A stretch of 64,000 nt of DNA from an uncultured Gemmatimonadales bacterium (GCA_963748035.1 CAVVHO010000006.1:144176-208175); one strand, 5' to 3'. Positions 31,580 to 41,443 are shown, counted from the first letter of the stretch. Numbers and translations: made by a program. Notes: generated from the letters alone by a model not told the origin.

Positions 31580-32180
31580 CGTACCTCCTCGCGATCCACC
31601 AGCCGAACCCGAGATGCAGACCACCGAACCCCCCCGCGAGCAGCGCATTGCCCCAGGTCGGCGGAGTGAAGAGGGCCACCACACCGAGTGCGAAGAAACA
31701 CGCCCCCATGACCGGCACCACCGGCACCGAAAGGGCTCCGCCAGTGACCACCGCCGCGCCGTACAGGAGCAGCCACATCCCGGGAAGCAGCGAGGTGAGG
31801 CCGGCCCGATAGAAAACCAAGGTGAGGATACCGCCGGCCAGAATGGGGGGCGTATAGGCCAGGACGAAGCGCCGACCCGGTTTGGAAGTGAGCGGGGTGT
31901 CTCCGGCGGCGGCCTTTCGCGCCATCGCCAGCACGCCAATCGCGAATGCCAGCCACCCTTCCGCCAGCCAGGTGAGGAGCCAGCGGTCCACACTGCTTTG
32001 CAGGCTGGCAACCCACGCGGCGGCCAGCGCCGTCACCCCCATGGCGACCCCACCCCATCCCGGCACACCGGTAAACGCCTGCGCCCGCTCCATCGTGTCG
32101 CGGATGAAGCGGAGGTTTTCCAAGGCTCGATCCTGGAGGGGGACTTCGTCGGCTGGGCGGCGCTCGGGGCGGGGAGACAT
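31572..32180 (-). CDS. Hypothetical multi-pass membrane protein
   Basis: Within track ORF 31572-32216. There are four to five hydrophobic segments. It overlaps the downstream regulator start by 8 nt, so co-transcription is likely. Confidence 0.6.
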   Translation of the reverse strand: MSPRPERRPADEVPLQDRALENLRFIRDTMERAQAFTGVPGWGGVAMGVTALAAAWVASLQSSVDRWLLTWLAEGWLAFAIGVLAMARKAAAGDTPLTSKPGRRFVLAYTPPILAGGILTLVFYRAGLTSLLPGMWLLLYGAAVVTGGALSVPVVPVMGACFFALGVVALFTPPTWGNALLAGGFGGLHLGFGWWIARRYGG

Positions 32181-32249
32181 GGGGTCCAAGATGGGGCCGG
32201 AGTGGATGATTGTCAAGTACTTTGTACTACAAAGCTAATATCGCGTCAG

Positions 32250-32312
32250 GAAGTGAGAAGTGAGAAGTGAGAAGTAAGGAGTGAGGAGAGAGTGAGGAGT
32301 GACGGTGAGCGG
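32250..32312. repeat. Heptamer array (GTGAGAA/GTAAGGA/GTGAGGA)
   Basis: gaagtgagaagtgagaagtgagaagtaaggagtgaggagagagtgaggagtgacggtgagc. Confidence 0.85.
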
Positions 32313-32348
32313 TCACCCGTGAGCCCGACCGACTGGGCCCTGGACTGC

Positions 32349-35300
32349 TTACGGCGAGACGTTCACCGTCACCGCGCTGGCGGGAATCACCACGTACGTC
32401 ACGATTCCCGCCGAAACGGTCGTAGTCCCCGAGGCCAGCGGATCGAACTCGACGCCGCCCGCGGCCACTGTGGCCGCCGAACGTGCCTGCCCGACCGGAA
32501 TAGACACGCTGACCAGTTGGCCCGTCGTTACCGTCGTCACCAGCTGTGCGGCCGTCTGATTGCTGTTGCTGATTGTTGCCGTCACTGCGGTGGCGCCCGC
32601 ACGGACGCTTTGCTCCGCGGCGAGCGCAGTGAGGGTGATGTTCGGAACGCCCAACCGTACCAGGAAGGGATCATTCGCGGAGGCGGCGGTCGTCGAGGTT
32701 GTAAGACCAAGGATATCAAACCCTGGCGCGGCCACCGTCACCGTCGGCGTAATCCCGTTGGAGTACCCCGTAGCACTCGCGGTGATAGTCGCGGTCCCCG
32801 TCCCGACGCCCTGAATGAAGTAACTGAAGCTGCTCTGGTTCAGCGGCACCTGAACGTCGAGCGTCGGTTGGCCCGGCGTGGCCACATCAGGCGCCAGGAG
32901 AAGCGCGGACGAGTTCGAGCTGACCAAATGAACGGTGAGGGCACCCGGTCCGGGATTCACGACCTGGAGACTCCCGCTGCCCTGGTCCTGCAGGCCATTG
33001 CCTAGGCGCCCGGTCCCCTGCGCCGGCGTGAACATGTTGATCACCGGGGCCGAGACGGTTATCGCTACCGAGTCCGGTGCCCCCGGGAACGCTGCGAATC
33101 CGGGGATCGATGCCGCCACGGTGTCCACGCCCAACCCGATGGGGTCGAACTCCACACCGCCCGTCAGCACGGTGCTCGGCGAGCGCGCCTGTCCGATTGG
33201 GATGGTCACGCCAACCACCTGCCCCGTCACCGCCGTCGTCACCAGTTGGGCCGCGTTTGCGTTGCGATTGGTGATCGTCGCCGACAGCGCCGTACCGCCC
33301 GCCCGGATGGCCTGCTCCGCCGCGAGGCCGGTGTTACCGACGTTGCGCGAACCTAGGCGTACCAGGAACGGATCGTTTGCCGACAGGGTGGTTGTGGTGC
33401 CCGGCAAGCCGAGGATGTCAAACCCCGGTGCCCCGACTGTCACCGTGGTCGTCGCATTCGTGTACCCTGACGCGCTGGCCGTGATGGTCGGGGTCCCGCT
33501 TGTGTTCTCTACGCCCTGGACGAAGTAGCTGAAACTGCTGCCGTTAAGCGGTACTTGGATGTCGATCGTCGGTTGCCCGACGGTACTGGCATCCGGCGCT
33601 AGGAGCAGGATCGATGGCTGGGAGCTCACCAGGTGAACGACCCGCACACCAGGTCCGGGGTTCGCAACCTGGAGGCTTCCGCTCCCCTGGTCCTGCAGGC
33701 CTGCACCCAGTCGCCCCGTTCCTTGGGCAGGCGTGAACATGTTGATCCCCGGTGCCGTGACGGACACAGCGACCGAGTCGGGTGCTCCAGGGAAGATCAC
33801 GAATCCCGGAATTGAGGCCGACACCGTATCGAATCCTGCGCCGAGCGGATCGAACTCTACGCCGCCGGCCGCCACAGTGTTCCCAGAGCGCGCCTGTCCG
33901 ACAGGGATGGTCACTGTTACTTGTTGCCCGGTCGTCACCGTAGTCACCAATTGTGCGGCTGGAGCGTTGCTATTTGTGATCGTCGCTGTCACCGCTGCGC
34001 CACCGGCCCGGATGGCCTGTTCCACGGACAGGCCGGTGTTGCCGGCGTTCGGCGCGCCCAACCGGATCAGGAACGGGTCGTTTGCCGACAGGCTGGTGGT
34101 CGTGCCGGGCAAGCCGAGTATGTCGAACCCGGGCGTCACCACGGTCACCGTCGGCGAAGTGGCGCTGGTGTAGCCCGTCGCACTGGCCGCGATGGTCGCG
34201 GTCCCCGTCGCCGCACCTTGGATGAAGTAGCTGAAGCTGCTCCCATTGATGGGCACCGTCACGTCGAGTGTCGGCTGCCCCGTGGTGATGGCATCAGCCG
34301 AAAGCAGGAGGGCGGACGGGTTCGAGCTCACCAGATGCACGGTCAACGCACCCGGACCGGGGTTCGCCACCTGCAGGCTCCCGCTCCCCTGGTCCTGCAG
34401 ACCGACCCCCAATCGCCCGGTCCCTTGCGCCGGGGTGAACATGCTGATCGCCGGTGCCGAAATCGACACCGCGACCGAGTCTGGTGCCCCAGGGAAAATC
34501 ACGAAGCCCGGAATCGTAGCCGACACCGTGTCAAACCCCGCGCCAAGCGGATCGAACTCCACACCGCCGGCGGCGACGGTGTTCCCCGAACGCGCCTGCC
34601 CCACCGGAATGGTCACACTCACCAGCTGCCCGGTGGTTGCCGTGGTCACGAGTTGGGCCGCTGAAGCGTTGCTGTTGGTAATCGCCGCCGTCGCCGCGGT
34701 GCCGCCCGCCCGGATGGCCTGCTCCGCCGACAAGCCGGTCACGGCTGCATTCGGCACACCCACCCGCACGATGAACGGGTCGTTCGCCGAGAGGCTGGTG
34801 GTCGTGCCCGGCAGGCCGAGGATATCGAATCCGGGTGTAGCCAACGTCACCGTCGACGAGGTGCCGTTGCTGTACGCGGGCGCGCTGGCGGTGATCGTCG
34901 CAGTACCGGCTCCGACCCCCTGAATGAAGTAGCTGAAGCTGCTCTGACTGACGGGTACCTGGACGTCAAGCGTCGGTTGACCCGGCGTCACTGCGTCCGG
35001 CGCAAGCAGCAACGCCGCGGCGTCCGAACTCACCAGATGCACGGTCAGCGAACCTGGTCCGGGATTGGAGACTTGGAGACTGCCGCTTCCCTGGTCCTGC
35101 AGGCCAATGCCCAGGCGCCCCGTCCCCTGAGCCGGCGTGAACATGTTGATCACCGGGGCCGTCACTGTCACCGCCACCGAGTCTGGCGCGCCGGGGAAGA
35201 TCACGAAACCCGGGATCGAGGCCGTGACGGTGTCGAACCCGGCGCCAAGCGGATCGAACTCCACCCCGCCCGCGGCCACAGTGTTCCCAGAGCGGGCCTG

Positions 35301-38297
35301 CCCAACTGGGATCGTCACCGTCACCTGCTGGCTGGTGTCAGTCGTCGTCACCAACCGTGCCGCGGTGGCGTTGCTGTTGGTGATCGTCGCCGTGACTGCG
35401 GTGCCACCCGCCCGGATGGCTTGCTCCGCGGACAAGCCCGTAACGACGGCGTTTGGAACACCCAACCGCACCAGGAACGGATCGTTCACCGACAGGCTGG
35501 TTGTCGAACCCGGCAGGCCCAGGATATCAAACCCGGGCGTTGCCAGGGTCACGATCGACGAGGTCCCGTTGCTGTAGCCCGTCGCACTTGCGGTAATCGT
35601 TGCTGTACCAGCACCGACCCCTTGAATGAAGTAGCTGAAGCTGCTCTGGTTGGCCGGTACCTGGATGTCGAGCGTCGGCTGCCCCGGCGTCGCCGCATCT
35701 GGCGCCAGCAGCAGGGCCGACGGGGCCGAGCTGACCAGGTGCACCGTCAGGGTACCCGGTCCTGGGTTCGCTACCTGGAGGCTCCCACTTCCCTGGTCCT
35801 GCAGGCCTATGCCCAGTCGCCCGGTCCCCTGGGCCGGCGTGAACATCGTAATCACCGGAACGGGGTTGACCGTCACGTTGATCTGGTCCTGGGTCAGACT
35901 GGTCGCCTGGGCGGTCAGTGTGGTTGTGCACGGCAGGGTGACAGGTCCGCCGCCATAAGTCAGCGTCGCCGGAATAGACACGAGCCCAGTGGGGATCGTC
36001 ACCGTGGCCGGTGCGGACAGACACGCCGGGTTGCCGCTGACCAGGCTCACGGGGATGCCTGGCGACGGGGCGGCGGTCGGCTGGCCGTTGCTTTCGAAGT
36101 TGATGGTGATCGAAGTCCCGAAGCTCGCGTTCAATGTCGCCGACGTCTGTACAATGTTGAGCGCGGCGGTGGTCGTCGCCGTCGAAGTGGCGAAGTTGTA
36201 GGCCGGATTGCTGGCGGTGATGGTCGCGGCGCCGGGCAGAACGCCGATCAGCGTCGCGTTGGCGGTAATGGCCCCGGCAGTGATGTGCACCGGCGAAGTC
36301 TGCACGGCCACGAATCCAGGAGCGCTACTCACCACCGCGATATCGACACCACCAACTGGAGCCGGGGCGCCGATCTGCACCGGGATCTGCGTCGTCTGGC
36401 CGTAGGGCACGTTGATGGTGAGGGGGAGCGCGATCGCTCGGTTCTGCACGTCCACCGACAACACACCCGAGGTGTAGCCGGGGGCCTGACCGGTGATCGT
36501 GGTCGTCCCCGATGACCCACCCTGAATGGTCACGGTCCCCGCGGTCTGACCCTGCGGAATGAAGACCGGTGAGCCGATCACGCTGACGAGACTGGTATTC
36601 TGGCTGGTCACGGCCACCGAGACACCGTTGGCGCCCGCCGGAGATGCGAGCGTCACATTCACGGTAGCGGTCAGGCCGATGCCCACACCCGGAGTACCCG
36701 GGAAACTCAGCGTGATCTGCGGCAGGCCTACAGTGGCCGTGAAGGTGACGGGGGGCAGCGTCCCAACGGTTGCCGTCGCGGACTGGCTTGTTGCGACCAG
36801 CCCGAGCGTCCAGCTGGATTGGGCGTGACCGGAAGCGTCGGTCGGTCCGCTCGCCGGCGCGAGTGATCCCCCATCCGCCGTGGCCCAGGCAACCAACGCC
36901 AGCGGCACCGGATTGCTGAAGGCGTCACGAACTTCCACCTCGAGTGGCGTCGGTAGCGCTGAGCCGGCCGGGCCAGTCTGGCTGTTCCCCCCGGCAATCA
37001 CCACGCTGGCGGCCGGGCCGGCCGTTCCGGTGGCGTTGAATGTGACTGCCTGCAGCGTACTGACCGTCGCCGTCATCGTGTTCACGCCCGCCGCCTGCCC
37101 CACCTTCCAGCTCCCCACTGTGGCGATGCCTTGGCCGTCGGTGACCTGGGTGGCGCCGGTCACCGAACCACCGCCGGCGGTGATCGCGAAGTCCACCGTT
37201 ATGCCGGAGAGGACAAGCCCGTTGGCATCCTTCACCACTACCGACGGCGCCGTCGCGAACTGGTTGACGACAACGTTCTGTGACGTGATCGAGACCGCCG
37301 TTACTGTCGCGGGCACGCCGGGGGCCGCTGGCGTCACGGTGACCAGCGTCGTGCCGTCGACACCGCCGATCGTGGCCGTGATCGTCGCTGTGCCTTGCGC
37401 AACACCCGTCACCAGGCCCGTAGGTGACACCGTAGCGATGGGCAGCGCATCGGAGCCCCAAGTCACCGGCAGGCCTGTCAGGATGTTGTTGTTGGCATCG
37501 CGTGCGGTGGCGCTGAGCTGTACGGTTTGCGCCACCTGAATGGTGGGTGTTGCGGGTGTCACCTGCACCGAAGCAACCGCCACGGGTGCCCAGGAAACCG
37601 TGCCCGACGCCGAAATCCCGTTGGGAGTCTTCGCGGTGATCACCACGCTACCCGATCCGGTCGCGGGCGCCGTGATCGTCGCCTGGTTGATGCCCTGTTG
37701 GACTGGCGTGAGGAGCGTGGTGTTGCTGGAGCTGTAGGCAACCGGCACACCCGTCAACGTGGTGTTGCCCTGCAGGACCGTCGCGGAGAGCGTCGCGACC
37801 TGGCCGCTAACGAGCGTCGTCGTTGCGGGGAAGACGATCTGGTCGGCCGCGTTCCCCGGTCCGGTATAGGTCGGCGTGGGTACCGAGGCCGTGATGCTCT
37901 GGTTCGCCGTCGCGGTCACCGTCCCGCTGGCCCGGTAGTACTCCACCCCGCCGCTCAGGACGGTCGCGAGAAAGCTGAAATCCTCGGTCGTGCTCGTGAG
38001 GTCAAGGCTGATTTGAATGATCAGGTTGTCGCCGCTCTCCGAGTATTCCTGGGCGGTGAGCGAGCGACTGAAGGCGACCGTATTGTCGGAGACCCGCCGC
38101 AGTTCGAGCAGCACCTCGTCAACCGGAATCGTGAACTCGCCCCCGACCTGGAACAGCGAGCTCGCGTCGAACTGGCCCTGTGCCGTTCGCTTGGGGGCCA
38201 GGGCGCTGTCGGTGGAGCACGTGGTCAACAGAATTGCACCCAGCAAGACCCGCAGGGTGCGGAGGCCCAGACGCAAGCGGTGCGAGGCTGCCGTCAT
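32349..38297 (-). CDS. Giant surface lipoprotein with bacterial Ig-like (Big_2/invasin-like) domains and five C-terminal 234-aa tandem repeats
   Basis: 1982 aa. Lipobox LLTTCS. A Big_2-like segment (VASVQVTPATPTIQVAQTVQLSATARDANNNILTG...VTGVAQGTATITATIGG). Thr/Ala/Val/Gly-rich beta-type composition throughout. The plus-strand track ORFs in this interval are antisense artefacts. Confidence 0.9.
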   Translation of the reverse strand: MTAASHRLRLGLRTLRVLLGAILLTTCSTDSALAPKRTAQGQFDASSLFQVGGEFTIPVDEVLLELRRVSDNTVAFSRSLTAQEYSESGDNLIIQISLDLTSTTEDFSFLATVLSGGVEYYRASGTVTATANQSITASVPTPTYTGPGNAADQIVFPATTTLVSGQVATLSATVLQGNTTLTGVPVAYSSSNTTLLTPVQQGINQATITAPATGSGSVVITAKTPNGISASGTVSWAPVAVASVQVTPATPTIQVAQTVQLSATARDANNNILTGLPVTWGSDALPIATVSPTGLVTGVAQGTATITATIGGVDGTTLVTVTPAAPGVPATVTAVSITSQNVVVNQFATAPSVVVKDANGLVLSGITVDFAITAGGGSVTGATQVTDGQGIATVGSWKVGQAAGVNTMTATVSTLQAVTFNATGTAGPAASVVIAGGNSQTGPAGSALPTPLEVEVRDAFSNPVPLALVAWATADGGSLAPASGPTDASGHAQSSWTLGLVATSQSATATVGTLPPVTFTATVGLPQITLSFPGTPGVGIGLTATVNVTLASPAGANGVSVAVTSQNTSLVSVIGSPVFIPQGQTAGTVTIQGGSSGTTTITGQAPGYTSGVLSVDVQNRAIALPLTINVPYGQTTQIPVQIGAPAPVGGVDIAVVSSAPGFVAVQTSPVHITAGAITANATLIGVLPGAATITASNPAYNFATSTATTTAALNIVQTSATLNASFGTSITINFESNGQPTAAPSPGIPVSLVSGNPACLSAPATVTIPTGLVSIPATLTYGGGPVTLPCTTTLTAQATSLTQDQINVTVNPVPVITMFTPAQGTGRLGIGLQDQGSGSLQVANPGPGTLTVHLVSSAPSALLLAPDAATPGQPTLDIQVPANQSSFSYFIQGVGAGTATITASATGYSNGTSSIVTLATPGFDILGLPGSTTSLSVNDPFLVRLGVPNAVVTGLSAEQAIRAGGTAVTATITNSNATAARLVTTTDTSQQVTVTIPVGQARSGNTVAAGGVEFDPLGAGFDTVTASIPGFVIFPGAPDSVAVTVTAPVINMFTPAQGTGRLGIGLQDQGSGSLQVSNPGPGSLTVHLVSSDAAALLLAPDAVTPGQPTLDVQVPVSQSSFSYFIQGVGAGTATITASAPAYSNGTSSTVTLATPGFDILGLPGTTTSLSANDPFIVRVGVPNAAVTGLSAEQAIRAGGTAATAAITNSNASAAQLVTTATTGQLVSVTIPVGQARSGNTVAAGGVEFDPLGAGFDTVSATIPGFVIFPGAPDSVAVSISAPAISMFTPAQGTGRLGVGLQDQGSGSLQVANPGPGALTVHLVSSNPSALLLSADAITTGQPTLDVTVPINGSSFSYFIQGAATGTATIAASATGYTSATSPTVTVVTPGFDILGLPGTTTSLSANDPFLIRLGAPNAGNTGLSVEQAIRAGGAAVTATITNSNAPAAQLVTTVTTGQQVTVTIPVGQARSGNTVAAGGVEFDPLGAGFDTVSASIPGFVIFPGAPDSVAVSVTAPGINMFTPAQGTGRLGAGLQDQGSGSLQVANPGPGVRVVHLVSSQPSILLLAPDASTVGQPTIDIQVPLNGSSFSYFVQGVENTSGTPTITASASGYTNATTTVTVGAPGFDILGLPGTTTTLSANDPFLVRLGSRNVGNTGLAAEQAIRAGGTALSATITNRNANAAQLVTTAVTGQVVGVTIPIGQARSPSTVLTGGVEFDPIGLGVDTVAASIPGFAAFPGAPDSVAITVSAPVINMFTPAQGTGRLGNGLQDQGSGSLQVVNPGPGALTVHLVSSNSSALLLAPDVATPGQPTLDVQVPLNQSSFSYFIQGVGTGTATITASATGYSNGITPTVTVAAPGFDILGLTTSTTAASANDPFLVRLGVPNITLTALAAEQSVRAGATAVTATISNSNQTAAQLVTTVTTGQLVSVSIPVGQARSAATVAAGGVEFDPLASGTTTVSAGIVTYVVIPASAVTVNVSP
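32352..35861 (-). repeat. Five in-frame tandem copies of a 702-bp (234-aa) unit forming the C-terminal 59% of the giant protein
   Basis: The unit starts (V/A)I(N/T/S)MFTPAQGTGRLG.GLQDQGSGSLQV.NPGPG. Antisense track ORFs beginning MNMLI(P/T)GAVT at 33733 and 35137 are exactly 2 x 702 nt apart. Copies are roughly 80-90% identical by eye. Confidence 0.9.
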
Positions 38298-38412
38298 TCA
38301 GGGCACATGGTTATTTGCTAAGATGAAGCTACAGGCCGACTTGCCCACTGTCAGCCCCCCCGGCGTCCCGGGCTGGTCCATCGCCTTGGCCTTAGAATCG
38401 CCCAGATAGCCC

Positions 38413-38428
38413 CGCCAGAGTCGTGCCT
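38413..38428 (-). promoter_or_regulatory. Sigma-54 (-24/-12) promoter candidate upstream of the giant lipoprotein gene
   Basis: The minus strand reads aGGCACGactcTgGCg against TGGCACG-N4-TTGCW. The GG/GC spacing is correct, with one mismatch in the -12 element. It lies about 115 nt upstream of the ATG at 38297, directly downstream of a sigma-54 activator/kinase pair. Confidence 0.4.
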
Positions 38429-38446
38429 GACGACTGGCCGTTCGCT

Positions 38447-38603
38447 GTCCGCCGTCCGCCATCCGCCGTCCGCCGTCCGCCGTCCAGCCAGCTGAAGTCA
38501 GTCCTCTGCCCTCGCTCTATAGCTCCCCCTCGCTCCTTGCTTTTGGCTGCTTACTTCTCACTCCTCACGCCTCACTTCTCACTTCTTACTTCTTACTTCT
38601 TAC
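38447..38603. repeat. Heptamer arrays: CCGCCGT/CCGCCAT (about 6 units) and CTCACTT/CTTACTT (about 9 units)
   Basis: Arrays at 38447-38487 and 38539-38603. The kinase stop codon (38593) lies inside the second array. Confidence 0.9.
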
Positions 38604-39933
38604 CCAGTCCTTGGGGAATCCAGAGGCGAGCGCGCGTCCCCCGCCGATCCTCGCGGTTCTCCAGCTGCAGCGTACCACCATGTGCCTCGGCGATCTGGCG
38701 GGAGAGCGCGAGACCGATACCGGACCCGCCCTGCTTGGTGGTATAGAAAGGCACGAACAGATTCGCCGTATCGGCGATCCCGGGGCCAGCGTCTTCCACC
38801 AATAGTTCGACCCCGCTCGACACCACCCGCCAGGTGACCCGCACACCGCCGCCGGTCTCCGCCACAGCGTCCACGGCGTTCCGCAGCAGATTGATGAGCA
38901 ATTGGTCCAACTGATCACCGTCCGCTTCGAGCCTGCACGGCGGCCCTGCGACCACTGCCACCTCGGCGCGCCGCTCGAGTCCCACGACCCGTCGCACCCA
39001 AGCTTCGACTGGTACCGTACCTCGAACCGGCTTCGGCAGCCGAGCGAGCCGGGCGTACGCCGCCATGAACCGGCCCAACGAGTCCGCTCGCTGACCGATG
39101 ATGTCGAGCCCCTGGCGTAGATCCTGGCCGTCACCCGGTGCCACTTCGCCTCTATCCAGGATACTCCTGAGACTTCCGGCGAGTGAGCGGATCGGTGCCA
39201 GAGAGTTATTGATCTCGTGGGAGAGCACCCGAATGAGCCGTTGCCATGCCTGCCGTTCTTCGGCCTGCAGGGTTCGGCTGACATCGGTGAGGACGACCAG
39301 CGTGTGCGGTCGTCCATTCTGACGGAAGGTGTTGCGACGGAGTTCGAATCGACCGGCTTGGGCACCACTACGCTCGACCACTCGAGGCGATTCCCCCACG
39401 AGACAGTCGCCCAAGCCGAGCTCCGGGGCGGTTCGTCCGAGCAATCGTTCTCCGACCTGCCCCAACAGCCGCTCGCCGCCCCGATTCACCAGCCGGAGCC
39501 TGCCATCGGAGTCGAAAGTGAAAATGGCGGCGTCAATCTGCTCGAGAACGGTACGCAAGAGCGCCCCGGCCTCCAGCGCGCCCAGCCGCTGGCCTCGCAG
39601 CATCTCGGCCAGGGCATTGGCCTCGAGGTAAACGAGGCCGAGAGAATCGTCGCGGGCATCGGCACCGCGGGCGCGGAGGGAGTAGTCCCCTTCCCGCAGC
39701 GCGGACAGCACGTTGGAGAGAGTCTGAAGTGGACGTACCACCCGCTCGTGCAGGGCCATCAGCCCGAAACAGAACACACCGAGCACAAACAGCGTCACCG
39801 TCCACTGCGTCTTTTCGGTGAACGCTCCGCGCCAGAGCAGGAACAGCGACAACACCACCGCAGGAAGTGCCGTGGCGACGGCGATCAGGATAACGCGGCG
39901 GGGGTGGGAGGGGGGCATGGGAGAGAAGGCCAT
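38593..39933 (-). CDS. Membrane sensor histidine kinase (HAMP/PAS-HisKA-HATPase, NtrY/AtoS-like)
   Basis: 446 aa. Two N-terminal TM helices, H-box VLSHEINNSLAPI, N-box LLINLLRNAVDA, G-boxes EDAGPGI and GSGIGLALS. Confidence 0.9.
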   Translation of the reverse strand: MAFSPMPPSHPRRVILIAVATALPAVVLSLFLLWRGAFTEKTQWTVTLFVLGVFCFGLMALHERVVRPLQTLSNVLSALREGDYSLRARGADARDDSLGLVYLEANALAEMLRGQRLGALEAGALLRTVLEQIDAAIFTFDSDGRLRLVNRGGERLLGQVGERLLGRTAPELGLGDCLVGESPRVVERSGAQAGRFELRRNTFRQNGRPHTLVVLTDVSRTLQAEERQAWQRLIRVLSHEINNSLAPIRSLAGSLRSILDRGEVAPGDGQDLRQGLDIIGQRADSLGRFMAAYARLARLPKPVRGTVPVEAWVRRVVGLERRAEVAVVAGPPCRLEADGDQLDQLLINLLRNAVDAVAETGGGVRVTWRVVSSGVELLVEDAGPGIADTANLFVPFYTTKQGGSGIGLALSRQIAEAHGGTLQLENREDRRGTRARLWIPQGLGKK

Positions 39934-40052
39934 CGGCTATCGGCTATCAGCTATCGGCTATCAGCTATCAGTTGTTGGCTGTCGGCTGTCGGCTGTCAGC
40001 GAAGAATGTAGTCCAAGTCACAGAGACCGATAGCCGATAGCCGATAGCCGAT
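39932..40052. repeat. Inverted heptamer arrays (CGGCTAT/CAGCTAT, GGCTGTC ... ATAGCCG)
   Basis: The array begins at the kinase start codon (cat at 39931-33). The right arm ccgatagccgatagccgatagccgatcgc lies at about 40027-40055. Confidence 0.88.
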
Positions 40053-40084
40053 CGCTGCCAGACCTGCCGCTTGCCTCACCCCAA

Positions 40085-41443
40085 CTACAGCCCATACCTC
40101 TCCATCCTCCTATACATCGCGCTCCGGCTCAACCCCAGGGCCTTTGCCGCCTCGACCACATTGTCATTGGCGCGGGCGAGCGCCTTCTGCACCAGCAGTT
40201 TCTCTACCTCCTCGAGGGTCAACTGGTCGAGTCGCGCAGCGCTGTCGCTGGGTGGCGCGAGTGCCAGGTCCGGTAGCCGGATCTCGGGCCCGTCCGCCAG
40301 CAGGACCGCGCGTTCGACGGTGTGATCCAGCTCTCGCACATTGCCGGGCCACCCGTACCGCAGCAGCGCCTCCATGGCGTCCGCGCGGAAACCGCCCACC
40401 GCCTTTCGATAGCGCCCGGCGTGGCGCATGAGGAAGTTGGCGGCCAGCAGCGGGATGTCCTCCCGCCGGTCCCGGAGTGCCGGAATGAGGATTTCTACCG
40501 TGTTGAGCCGATAGAGCAAGTCCTCCCGAAATCGCCCGGCGGCCACTTCGACCCTGGGGTCCACATTGGTGGCGGAGACCACGCGGACATCCACCTTGCG
40601 AGTCTTCGATGAACCTACCCGCTCCAGTTCACCGGTGTTGAGCACCCGGAGCAGCTTGGCCTGCTGCCCGGGTGTGATGTTCGCGATTTCATCGAGGAGC
40701 AGCGTGCCGCCATCCGCCAGCTCAAACCGGCCGATCCGGTCGGCCTTTGCGTCGGTGAATGCGCCCCGCAGGTGGCCGAACAGCTCGCTCTCGAACACAC
40801 CCTCCGACAGCCCCCCGACGTTGACGGTGATCATGGGTCGAGCGGCCCGCGCGCTCGTGGCATGCAGCCACCGGGCGGCGACCTCCTTACCAACGCCGTG
40901 CTCGCCGAGGAGGAGCACGTTGGCATCGGATGGCGCCACCCGCTCCATCAGCCGTGTGGCCTGTCGCATGGCGGGCGACTCGTTGACGAGATCAGGCAGC
41001 CCATCGCGGCGGAGCGTCTGGTTCTCGCTTTCCAGTCGCTGGCTCCGGCGCAGCGCGCGACCCAACTCCACCTGGGTGCGGAGTACCGAGATCAACCGGT
41101 TGTTGTCCCAGGGCTTCTCGAGGTAGTCCCGCGCACCCCGGCGCATCGCCTCCACGGCGCCCTCGACGCTGCCATAGGCCGTCATCACCACCACGGGGAG
41201 CGATGCGTCCAGTAACTGAATGCGGGTGAGCAGGTCGAACCCCTCTCGGCCCGACGTCGTATCCCTGGTGTAGTTGAGATCCATCAGGAGGACGTCGAAA
41301 TCCTTGAGTTCCAGCGTCTGCAGCACACCCCCTGGCGAGGTAGTCGTCTCCACGACAAAGCCCTCACCCTTCAGCAACAGCCGCAGGGCCTGGAGGATGT
41401 CGGGTTGATCGTCGGCGACGAGCGCGCGAGGGGTGGTGGGCAT
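40085..41443 (-). CDS. Sigma-54-dependent response regulator (NtrC/NtrX family)
   Basis: Starts at the Met at 41443 (MPTTPRALVADDQPDILQAL). Receiver domain, AAA+ domain with GEHGVGKE and the GAFTDA variant, and a C-terminal HTH. Confidence 0.92.
   Translation of the reverse strand: MPTTPRALVADDQPDILQALRLLLKGEGFVVETTTSPGGVLQTLELKDFDVLLMDLNYTRDTTSGREGFDLLTRIQLLDASLPVVVMTAYGSVEGAVEAMRRGARDYLEKPWDNNRLISVLRTQVELGRALRRSQRLESENQTLRRDGLPDLVNESPAMRQATRLMERVAPSDANVLLLGEHGVGKEVAARWLHATSARAARPMITVNVGGLSEGVFESELFGHLRGAFTDAKADRIGRFELADGGTLLLDEIANITPGQQAKLLRVLNTGELERVGSSKTRKVDVRVVSATNVDPRVEVAAGRFREDLLYRLNTVEILIPALRDRREDIPLLAANFLMRHAGRYRKAVGGFRADAMEALLRYGWPGNVRELDHTVERAVLLADGPEIRLPDLALAPPSDSAARLDQLTLEEVEKLLVQKALARANDNVVEAAKALGLSRSAMYRRMERYGL

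Noticed and set aside
32560-38409. Many long plus-strand ORFs (for example 34977-36515 at 512 aa and 33921-34664) antisense to the giant lipoprotein gene; similar antisense ORFs occur in gcvP (5847-7325), the TonB receptor (53008-55869) and sdhA (57231-58904)
   Set aside because: These are typical high-GC antisense open frames. Their products are Arg/Gly/Pro-rich low-complexity sequences with no motifs, while the opposite strand encodes recognisable proteins.
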